Both the position numbers and the translations under genes were made by a program. From NCBI RefSeq assembly GCF_001462395.1, contig NZ_LNTB01000001.1, positions 1,440,001 to 1,472,000 on the forward strand: DNA of 32,000 nt. The letters are read 5' to 3'. This DNA comes from Pyrodictium occultum (lineage in GTDB: Archaea > Thermoproteota > Thermoprotei_A > Sulfolobales > Pyrodictiaceae). The notes below the pieces were generated by a model, which worked only from the letters and a program-made list of their open reading frames with translations, had not been told where the DNA came from and did no database searches. Below, one piece after another: positions 16,826-24,369 of the stretch (its first letter is position 1; each line of letters begins with the position of its first letter).

Positions 16826-18403
16826 TCAGAAGCCCCCACCTCCCCTCCTAGTTGAGCGTCTTGAAGAGAGCAGGGAGCGGGCCCACTGAAGCGCTTCTTC
16901 GGCAGGCTTCGCGCTCTCTGCCCACTCCTTAACGTCCTCGCTGGTGTAGACCCATATCTCTCCACCCTGTGCTTCACCTGACGGCGCCTCGCCCTCGAGT
17001 AGCGCCTCTACCTCGGCACGGGCCTCCCGGAGGATCCTCAGCGCCTCAGGGCTGGGCCTCCATAGCTTCCTCTCCACAGCCTCTGCTAGACGGCGTGTTA
17101 TCTCCTCGAGCGCATACGGGTTAGCCTTCTTCATCCATTCCCTGTTGGTCTTGTCTCCTAGGTACGTGTATGTTATCTGGTCCCACACCCTGTCGGGGAC
17201 AGCGTGTGTCGTCGCATGCCAGCCGTAGAGGTTCTGTATCTTCTTCATTATCTCGTATGCTCCTCTGTACCCGTGCCTCTTCATGCCCTCGATCCATCGT
17301 GGGTTTAGGAGCTTGCCGTAGGTTACACGTAGCAGCTCATCCTTTACCTCACGTATCTTGGGGCGTAAGGGTTCACGGGTATCGACAACCATGTTTAGCG
17401 GCTCACGCCCTCGGACAACCTTGACGAGGGCGTGCAAGCCGCCCTGATGTGAGAAGTAGGAGCAGCAGTTCAGCGGGTCATGCTCATCGCTTATATGGTT
17501 TCTCGCCACTACGTCTATGCGTGAAACCTGTAGGACTAGGGCCTTAGCTGCAGCTGGATGAGACTTGCCCCAAGTCCTCCGCGTATACGGGTGGCTGCTC
17601 CACTGAACCCACACCTTTGCTAGGTCTCTCTCGTCGCGCCATGCGGAGGCGAATATAGCATAGTTGACTCCTGTGCCATAGGCTCCGGGTGGCGCAGCCC
17701 ATACGCGTGCACGGGCAAGTTCTCTAGCATCTTCTTCGCCTACACCCTCCCTTCTCAGCCTTTCAAGGAACTCGAGATAATGCTTGCGTGGATAATTAAG
17801 CTCAAGCGGCTCATCTAGATTAACAACTTTCTCTACAGCCTCATCTATCAAGCTCACATAGTTTGGCAGCGTGTCGCGTACTATACCGCTTATCCTCACG
17901 AAGACGTCTACCCGTGGCCTACCAAGCTCTTTGAGCGGTATGACCTCCACACCCTTCACTCTGCCGCTAGCATCCCATACAGGACGCACGCCTAGCAGGT
18001 AGAGAACCCTGGCAAGCTGCTCTCCGTCAGCCTTGTAGCCGTCAATGCTCCACAATACTTCACCCATGGTTTCGGGGTAGCGGCCTAGCCTCCTCCTAGC
18101 CTCCTCTAGAAGCTTCTTAGCCGTTTCAACGCCTATCCTCCACGCGGCACGTGTGGGAAGAGCCTCTGGGTCTACGGCGTAGAAGTTCCTGCCCGTGGGT
18201 AGCACATTTATCTTGCCGCGGGTTATGGCTCCCGAGGGGCCTGGCGGCACAAAGCCTCCAGAGAGCCCGCTGAGTAGGCCCTCTATCTCGTGCCTACCGC
18301 TCTCCCGGTACAGCCTAGCAATTAGGAGTGCCTTCCTGAAAGCGTTTAAGGCTTGTCTGGTCTCCTCCCCTAAGGGCTTCTGAAGCTGGACTAACTCTGT
18401 CAA
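16826..18403 (-). CDS. cobN: CobN/ChlH-family chelatase large subunit, C-terminal part of a split gene
   Basis: 525 aa. 'GKINVLPTGRNFYAVDP' and downstream blocks are collinear with residues ~780-1191 of the intact paralog at 26974-30549 ('EALPTGRNIYQFDP'). The TTG start overlaps the upstream stop (TTGA), and GGTGA lies 4 nt upstream. Confidence 0.8.
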   Translation of the reverse strand: MTELVQLQKPLGEETRQALNAFRKALLIARLYRESGRHEIEGLLSGLSGGFVPPGPSGAITRGKINVLPTGRNFYAVDPEALPTRAAWRIGVETAKKLLEEARRRLGRYPETMGEVLWSIDGYKADGEQLARVLYLLGVRPVWDASGRVKGVEVIPLKELGRPRVDVFVRISGIVRDTLPNYVSLIDEAVEKVVNLDEPLELNYPRKHYLEFLERLRREGVGEEDARELARARVWAAPPGAYGTGVNYAIFASAWRDERDLAKVWVQWSSHPYTRRTWGKSHPAAAKALVLQVSRIDVVARNHISDEHDPLNCCSYFSHQGGLHALVKVVRGREPLNMVVDTREPLRPKIREVKDELLRVTYGKLLNPRWIEGMKRHGYRGAYEIMKKIQNLYGWHATTHAVPDRVWDQITYTYLGDKTNREWMKKANPYALEEITRRLAEAVERKLWRPSPEALRILREARAEVEALLEGEAPSGEAQGGEIWVYTSEDVKEWAESAKPAEEALQWARSLLSSRRSTRRGGGGF

Positions 18404-20808
18404 ATCTTCACCCCCTCCCCGCGCGCAGCCTCAGCCACAAGGTCTTGGAGAAGATTGAAAGAAAGCATGTCAGGATCTATATCCTTTGACAAGAGTTTCT
18501 CGAGGACCCTAACAGCTATACTGTGGAGGATCTCTCTAGCCTTCCTGTTGCTAACCCCCAGCTTCTTGCAGAACTCGCTGGGCTTCGACACTATCTTGTC
18601 GTAGTCTAGGCCGAGTAGTGTTGCCACTGCCCTCTCTATTGATATCCACTCGCCAGTGTCCCAGGACATTATAGCTGCTACATGCTCTGCAAGCTTTTCA
18701 GGATCTGAAGGCGTTTCACCAAAGACGTGGAGCCCGTTCTCGACGGTACTTCCTCTTGTCTCGTCCAGGAACTCATGAAGCCTCTCAGTGATCTTATCAG
18801 GGCTCCCTTTGCCTACATCGATGCCACGCTCTCGAGCTTTCTCAACAATCTGCTCAAAGATTACTTTTGCACGGGCCTCCTCGCCTAGGCTTTTTGCACG
18901 GCTGTACTCCTCCAGGAGCTCGTCAAGCTCCTCAAGAGCTGTGTCAGCCTTCATGTACGGCGGGTGGGCATGGTCTATTATCACCGCGTAGCCTCTCCTC
19001 TTAGCCATGACACCCTCCATGGGGTTTGTCACATTGTATATGTAGAGGAAGGGTATGTCGTCAACTGTTATCTCTGGCCAGCAGTAGGGCGAAAGCCCGA
19101 CACCCTTGCCTGGGCGGAACTCAAGATACCCATGCGTCCCCCAATGTATCATCACGTCTGCGCGGAAGATCCTGGTCACCCACCGGTAGGCTGCCAGCCA
19201 CTGGTGCGGGGGAGGGATAGTGGGGTTGTGGAGTATCTTGCAGACCCTCCCATCGCATAGGGCGCCGGCGCAGCCAAACTTCGGCTGCGGCATGATAACT
19301 ATGTTGCCGAAACGTATGCCGGGTATTACGAACTTCCCGTTGTACACCGCGCCGGCGAATAGCCTCTTAACCTTGCCGCTTAGGATGTCACGGGGATCAC
19401 CCCACCACTTAAGCATAACCTTCCTAGCCTCCTCTGGAAGCTCCATGAACCACTTCATGTATGTGTCGAGGTCAACCATGTCAAGGTATCCTCCCCGCCT
19501 AACTATTTCCTCGACGGGGGTCCAGCGGAACTCGCTCGTAGCCCTCCTCTCGAGTATCAAGTGGATTAGCTCGTCTCCCGTTTTCGGCAGCTCGCCTTCG
19601 CCAGTGTAGTAGCCTAGGCTGCGGAGACGGTGGAGGAAGCGTACAAGGCTCTCAGGCACATCGAGCCCGAACCCGACTCCTATCGATGCCTCAAGCTGCC
19701 TACATGGGGGATTATTGAGTATTATGGCTATCCGCCTCTCGCTGGGCTTCTTCCTGCGCAGGATCACCCAGCGCTTAACCCTCCTAGCTATGAGCCTGAC
19801 GTGAGGCTCATAGGGTATGTGCTTCCTGTAATCGGAGACCCTAGTCGATGTGCTAATGACGATGGGCTCTACTGCGCCGTCAACCTCGGGCATGATGACT
19901 TCATATACTTGTGTCAGATAGTTGACTCCCTGGGGGTTCTCGAGCCACTCGTGCTCACTCTGATACCACTCGCGGATGGGCTTAAGCACTGGGACCCCGA
20001 GGCGTTGGAGCAGCTCAACGCCTCTAACAATCCTAAACCTCTCGTCAACCGTGCTTCTTGAGTAGCTTCCATGGTCGAGGAGGAAGAAGCTAAGCATATC
20101 TATGAGCACATCTATTCTAGCCCCTTTAGCGCCTAGGAAGAAGCTGCGTATAGTGTCCTCAGCGCTGGGTCCGCCCAGCACGCTATCCCTATAGCCCTGC
20201 GTGAAGACGGGAATGACGCCAAGCCCCTCAGTCTCCAAAGCATCTATGAGCGCTTCAAGGGGTCTTCGGTTCCCGTAGAGCCAGAGGCTACGGTAGTAAA
20301 GTATGCCTATGAGAGGCTTGTCAGCCATATAATAGTCGCGTAGATAGTCGTCGATATCCTCGTAGACGCCTAGCTTTGGGTGCCACACCCCGTGCAGAGG
20401 GATCTCCCTGGGAGGCGGGGGCTCTTCTTCCACGAGACCTGCCAGATACAAGAGATACCGGAGAAGGAGGCCCAGGTTCTCCTCGCCACCGATCCTAAAA
20501 TACTTCATCGCCTGGAGCAGAGCGCCCTCCTCTCCACGGGCTAGATACGCATAGCTCTCCCCCGCGGGTATCACAAACCTGGCACTCGATGATGCTATGG
20601 CCTCCTCCGCCTCTTTTGGAAGCCTATGCGTGTAGAGGAAGATTACCCTGGAGCTTCTGAGATCATCCAGGCCCTTACCCCCCTCAAGCGTGTTTGGGGA
20701 AAAGACTCTGATGAACTGGCCAGCCTCCCCCATCTCAGCTCCAAGTCTGCGCAGCAGCTCTATCACGGGGCTGTCATAGCCTATTACAAGCGTGACTAGC
20801 GAGCCCAT
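18400..20808 (-). CDS. cobN: CobN/ChlH-family chelatase large subunit, N-terminal part of a split gene
   Basis: The conserved block 'HQWLAAYRWVTRIFRADVMIHWGTHGYLEFRPGK' matches '[35 protein letters not shown]' in the paralog. I place the start at ATG 20808 ('MGSLVTLVIGYDS'). The GTG at 20847 lies inside the promoter palindrome. Confidence 0.8.
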   Translation of the reverse strand: MGSLVTLVIGYDSPVIELLRRLGAEMGEAGQFIRVFSPNTLEGGKGLDDLRSSRVIFLYTHRLPKEAEEAIASSSARFVIPAGESYAYLARGEEGALLQAMKYFRIGGEENLGLLLRYLLYLAGLVEEEPPPPREIPLHGVWHPKLGVYEDIDDYLRDYYMADKPLIGILYYRSLWLYGNRRPLEALIDALETEGLGVIPVFTQGYRDSVLGGPSAEDTIRSFFLGAKGARIDVLIDMLSFFLLDHGSYSRSTVDERFRIVRGVELLQRLGVPVLKPIREWYQSEHEWLENPQGVNYLTQVYEVIMPEVDGAVEPIVISTSTRVSDYRKHIPYEPHVRLIARRVKRWVILRRKKPSERRIAIILNNPPCRQLEASIGVGFGLDVPESLVRFLHRLRSLGYYTGEGELPKTGDELIHLILERRATSEFRWTPVEEIVRRGGYLDMVDLDTYMKWFMELPEEARKVMLKWWGDPRDILSGKVKRLFAGAVYNGKFVIPGIRFGNIVIMPQPKFGCAGALCDGRVCKILHNPTIPPPHQWLAAYRWVTRIFRADVMIHWGTHGYLEFRPGKGVGLSPYCWPEITVDDIPFLYIYNVTNPMEGVMAKRRGYAVIIDHAHPPYMKADTALEELDELLEEYSRAKSLGEEARAKVIFEQIVEKARERGIDVGKGSPDKITERLHEFLDETRGSTVENGLHVFGETPSDPEKLAEHVAAIMSWDTGEWISIERAVATLLGLDYDKIVSKPSEFCKKLGVSNRKAREILHSIAVRVLEKLLSKDIDPDMLSFNLLQDLVAEAARGEGVKI

Positions 20809-20844
20809 GAACAGCCCCCCGGGCACCCTCCCCCACTCCCAAGC

Positions 20845-20890
20845 CACCAGAGAATATAAATCTGGTGCACCAGATTTATATTCTCTGGTG
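20845..20890. promoter_or_regulatory. perfect 46-bp palindrome: two mirrored CACCAGA-N9(TATA)-TCTGGTG elements forming a bidirectional promoter/operator
   Basis: CACCAGAGAATATAAATCTGGTG|CACCAGATTTATATTCTCTGGTG. The right arm is the exact reverse complement of the left arm. Each arm is itself a 7-bp inverted repeat flanking TTTATAT/ATATAAA. The TATA boxes lie ~41-52 nt from ATG 20922 (plus) and ATG 20808 (minus). Confidence 0.75.
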
Positions 20891-21320
20891 CACCTACCCC
20901 TCTGATGGAGGGTTCTCAGGTATGAGCCGGACTTGGCTAATCACGGTGGTAGCAGTACTGATTGCTGCAGGCCTTGTAGCCGGCTACGAGGTCCTCAGCC
21001 ACCCCTCCACGGCGTCGAAAACTGTGGCGACAACGGTGGCCAGGACAACTGTTGCTACACCGGCTGCTACGCTTGTAAAGACCGTGGCGACCAGCACCAG
21101 ATTTATATTCTCTGGTGCACCTACCCCTCTGATGGAGGGTTCTCAGGTATGAGCCGGACTTGGCTAATCACGGTGGTAGCAGTACTGATTGCTGCAGGCC
21201 TTGTAGCCGGCTACGAGGTCCTCAGCCACCCCTCCACGGCGTCGAAAACTGTGGCGACAACGGTGGCCAGGACAACTGTTGCTACACCGGCTGCTACGCT
21301 TGTAAAGACCGTGGCGACCA
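20867..21320 (+). repeat. perfect 227-bp tandem duplication (2 copies: 20867-21093 and 21094-21320)
   Basis: A base-by-base comparison of the two copies found no mismatch. Each copy contains one promoter arm, the SD-like GGAGGGT, the ATG and the first ~57 codons (TM anchor plus Thr-rich linker) of the propeller gene. Confidence 0.95.
20922..21152 (+). pseudogene. truncated duplicate 5' gene fragment (76-aa TM anchor plus linker, frameshifted tail) created by the tandem duplication
   Basis: It has the same ATG context as 21149. The 227-nt period is not a multiple of 3, so the frame shifts at the junction and ends at 21152 ('...TVATSTRFIFSGAPTPLMEGSQV'). It could still be expressed as a small anchored peptide. 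Confidence 0.6.
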
Positions 21321-22822
21321 CCAGGACAGTAACAGTACCGGTAACTAGGACTGTTGTTATCGAGGAGGCTAGAAGGCCTAGACTCCTCGCCGACATCCCT
21401 ATCGCGTCGAGAAGCTCGCTCCCACCCTACACCTATGTCCAGGTATCGTCATGGCGTAGCCACGCTCCATACACTTTGATAGTCTTCGCACCATCCTCAG
21501 ACGAGTTCGCAGTGACAGTGACGAGATTTGTAGGAGGTAAGCCCGTTAGCGAGGTACGCGTGTTCAGCGTCGAGGGTGGAAAGGTCGCTGAGCTATGGAG
21601 GTTCAGCGTGGGGAGCGGCTATGTCCGCTCCCTCGCCTGGAGCAGTGACGGCGCAATCCTCTTCATAGGAGAGGACAGCATTGATGGGAGAGTGGTAGCG
21701 GTTAACGCGTCAACGGGCAGGATGCTCTGGAGCTATGCGACCAGTAGAGATCTTGGCAAGGGGGACCCCCGTGAGCCGAGGTGGTACTGGCCGCAAGTAC
21801 ATGCTATAAGGTATAGGGGTGGAAGAGTCTATGTAGCGGCTGCGGCCAAGCCACAAGCCTCCTATGGGAAGAACTCGGTAATATACTGCTTTGACGCTAA
21901 GACGGGCCAGCTGCTCTGGAGGTACCCCCCAGAGGGCTTTATAGACACACTTGTAAGCGATATAGAGTTGAGCCCTGACGGCTCATACCTAGCAGCGGCC
22001 ACCTGGTACTACCGCGGCAAGGCCTGGAAGGGCGGCGACCTCCTCCTACTAGACGCTGCTACAGGGAAGCTGCTTGCCAGGTTCCGGCCCAGCCCACGCC
22101 CACCATTCCGCTGGTGCGGCAGCTGGAACGGATTAGGCTGGCTCGACAATACAACCATAGCTTATGTGACAGACGTCGGCATCATCCATATACTACAGGC
22201 GCCCAATCTCACCGAGAAGGCCGAGATCAACGTGACTAATCCCTTGCCGGTCCTTGTCATCCCCAAGGGAAGCAATACTACTGAGGAGGGCTATGCCTAC
22301 GCGTTCAGTGGCTACAGTAAGGTCCTTAGAACACCTAACGGCCGTACACTACTCCTAGTGAGGACAAGCAACACCTACGGCGTCACAGCACTAGGTAAGA
22401 ACGCTAGGCCCACCCTCAACCACCCTGACGCGAACTCCCTCTTCATATATGAATGGGTGGGAGGAAAACTGGTGCTCGTAGCAAAGTATCCCCTGCATGG
22501 TAGGCCAAACTACGAGCAGTGGGCAACTTACTCCCCTGCTAAGGGCCTCCTAGCAGTCCCAGTGGGCCACGACTATATAAGCAGAACAATGGTGTATACC
22601 GGCGTCTATGTGCTCAACCTCACAGACATCGAAGCGGTTAGGAGCGGGGAGGCATTGACATACATGGTTAAGCCGCCGAGAGACGCCGGCGTGGTCATCG
22701 GGGGAGCCATAAGCCCCGACGGCTCCAAGGTCGTGGCGGTTACTTATCCAATAAACCTGGGTACGCTAGAGAACCCGAGGTTCGTTGGCAGCTACCGCAT
22801 CCTGGTATACAGCCTTGGCTAG
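21149..22822 (+). CDS. N-terminally anchored PQQ-like/WD40-like beta-propeller repeat protein
   Basis: 558 aa. It has the anchor 'WLITVVAVLIAAGLVAGY', the Thr-rich linker 'TVATTVARTTVATPAATLVKTVATTRTVTVPVTRT', and recurring 'G(R/Q/K)(M/L)LW(S/R)Y', 'SSDGAILF', 'LSPDGSYLAAA' and 'ISPDGSKVVAV' blade motifs. GGAGGGT lies 8 nt before the ATG. Confidence 0.75.
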   Translation: MSRTWLITVVAVLIAAGLVAGYEVLSHPSTASKTVATTVARTTVATPAATLVKTVATTRTVTVPVTRTVVIEEARRPRLLADIPIASRSSLPPYTYVQVSSWRSHAPYTLIVFAPSSDEFAVTVTRFVGGKPVSEVRVFSVEGGKVAELWRFSVGSGYVRSLAWSSDGAILFIGEDSIDGRVVAVNASTGRMLWSYATSRDLGKGDPREPRWYWPQVHAIRYRGGRVYVAAAAKPQASYGKNSVIYCFDAKTGQLLWRYPPEGFIDTLVSDIELSPDGSYLAAATWYYRGKAWKGGDLLLLDAATGKLLARFRPSPRPPFRWCGSWNGLGWLDNTTIAYVTDVGIIHILQAPNLTEKAEINVTNPLPVLVIPKGSNTTEEGYAYAFSGYSKVLRTPNGRTLLLVRTSNTYGVTALGKNARPTLNHPDANSLFIYEWVGGKLVLVAKYPLHGRPNYEQWATYSPAKGLLAVPVGHDYISRTMVYTGVYVLNLTDIEAVRSGEALTYMVKPPRDAGVVIGGAISPDGSKVVAVTYPINLGTLENPRFVGSYRILVYSLG

Positions 22823-22824
22823 AG

Positions 22825-24369
22825 TTGGGGGGTAACGCGGTGCCGAGAGGCCCGGAGGGTTTTTCCTCTGGTAAGCTCCTCTGGGTAGCCGCACTCCTAT
22901 CGGCCCTAGCCCTGCTCGGCAGCCTACTTGTACACGCACATGCTAAGGGGGCAGGGGGCAGCCCCCCTGTAAGCCTTGTAGTCGAGCTACCCCCGGGCCA
23001 GAAGCATTACAGCAATACTTCTCTCAAACTACCCCTGCCGGGTAGCTACATCTTCTGGCTCATAGTGGAGTCCAATACGGGTAGACTCGTCAGATACAAA
23101 CTCGACTTGAAGGTGGAGGGTGATGCAAGCCTAGAGAAGCTATCCGGCCCCCTTGAAGGCGTGCTGCAAGGCTACGGGGATAGAGCCATACTATATGGGC
23201 TCATCGAGGCTGGTAGCGGAGGCTTCAAGCTGATTGCCCGGCTCCAAGCCCAGAACCGCACCCGCAGCATAGCCCTCCACGTAGCTAATGTAGAGCTTAA
23301 GGCGGGTTTTAGCAGTGTCTACCTTCCTGTAGACTATCTGGGTGTGAGGGATCCACGGAGAGAGCCTTTCACCCTTGTAGAGTCCTACCCCTCGCCCCTG
23401 CGTAAGCTGCTGGGCGTGGGGGAGAACATTCTCCTCGGCTACATGCGTGTTTGCGTCAGGTCGAGTATGCCGGGCAGCTTCCTGGTCCTCGGCCGCGTAT
23501 ACGACTCTAAAGGCCGCCCTGCTCCAGTGGCGAGTACGGTCATAACTCCGGGAGCGGGCTCCCCCTACATAAGATCCATGGTGGTGGTTAACAGCACTGC
23601 TGGAAGGAATGAATATCATGGCTGTATTGTGGTCCCCCTATGGTCTCTAGCGGAAGTGATACCGCCTGGAAGGTATCGCCTCACGCTGGGACTATATCTG
23701 CCCGGGTCTGCTAGGCCTCTAGCCACCTACAGCCATGACGTGATTGTAAGGCTGCTATATCACGGTGACATAGTTACTGCTCTCGCGGCAACTCTTACAG
23801 GTGCCCTAGTGCTTGTCCCCCTCGCGAGGGTGAAGGATAGCAGGAGGATAGCCTATATGGCTCTTACGGGTGCTTCTCTCACCGCCCTTGTACGGATCAT
23901 CGGGGGTATCCTCCTCCGTCTCTCGCAAGTGCTGGGGCCCTTCGACTGGATAGTCTATGGCCCGGTAACCAGTGGGCTTTACTATGGCCTGCTGGCGGCC
24001 TGTCTTGCCGCGACAGGTGATTGGATGGTCACGGCAGGCGCTGTGCTTGTTGAGTGGCTGCTTTCATCGCTCATACTCAGCCCCGGCAATATAGTGCTCA
24101 GTAGCCTCTGGGTGCTCACGACGCTTTCCGTGGTAGCTCTAGCGGGGTATGCAGCCCTACGTACTCGTCTAGGCCTGCTCCCCATTTACTTCGGCCTCGC
24201 GAAGATCCTCGACAGCTACGTTGACATAAACCTGTACGCATTCATATACAGGCTATACTATGCGCACTGGTATGTTGCAGCATACAGTCTTGGAATGGGG
24301 TTCTACGCCTCCCTTGGCACACTCCTCGCACTGAGAATGGTGCGTGGCCATGCTGGAGGCACAGGTTAG
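22825..24369 (+). CDS. membrane protein: signal/anchor, ~290-aa extracytoplasmic domain and a C-terminal 6-7 TM domain (candidate ECF S-component-like substrate module)
   Basis: 514 aa, starting 2 nt after the propeller gene at TTG 22825, or at GTG 22840 with a GGGGGGT motif upstream. The hydrophobic N-terminus is 'LLWVAALLSALALLGSLLV'. The last ~200 aa form consecutive TM helices. It overlaps the ECF ATPase gene by 26 nt. The S-component assignment is an inference from context and topology only. Confidence 0.6.
   Translation: MGGNAVPRGPEGFSSGKLLWVAALLSALALLGSLLVHAHAKGAGGSPPVSLVVELPPGQKHYSNTSLKLPLPGSYIFWLIVESNTGRLVRYKLDLKVEGDASLEKLSGPLEGVLQGYGDRAILYGLIEAGSGGFKLIARLQAQNRTRSIALHVANVELKAGFSSVYLPVDYLGVRDPRREPFTLVESYPSPLRKLLGVGENILLGYMRVCVRSSMPGSFLVLGRVYDSKGRPAPVASTVITPGAGSPYIRSMVVVNSTAGRNEYHGCIVVPLWSLAEVIPPGRYRLTLGLYLPGSARPLATYSHDVIVRLLYHGDIVTALAATLTGALVLVPLARVKDSRRIAYMALTGASLTALVRIIGGILLRLSQVLGPFDWIVYGPVTSGLYYGLLAACLAATGDWMVTAGAVLVEWLLSSLILSPGNIVLSSLWVLTTLSVVALAGYAALRTRLGLLPIYFGLAKILDSYVDINLYAFIYRLYYAHWYVAAYSLGMGFYASLGTLLALRMVRGHAGGTG

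Noticed and set aside
20809-20847. A GTG start at 20847 for the cobN N part ('MAWEWGRVPGGLF').
   Set aside because: The codon lies inside the 46-bp promoter palindrome, upstream of the predicted TSS. ATG 20808 gives an N-terminus collinear with the paralog.
20933-21148. The N-terminal 72 aa of track ORF 20933-22822 ('MANHGGSSTDCCRPCSR...'), and the identical ORF 21160-21348.
   Set aside because: The Cys/Gly-rich translation is an out-of-frame reading of the duplicated 227-bp unit. It runs into the real frame only because the repeat period shifts the frame. The SD-preceded ATG at 21149 with a TM anchor is the credible start.
20867-21320. The repeat as a CRISPR array or as mobile-element termini.
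   Set aside because: There are only two long (227-bp) contiguous copies without spacers. There are no cas, transposase or integrase genes and no terminal inverted repeats bounding a cargo. It is a simple tandem segmental duplication.
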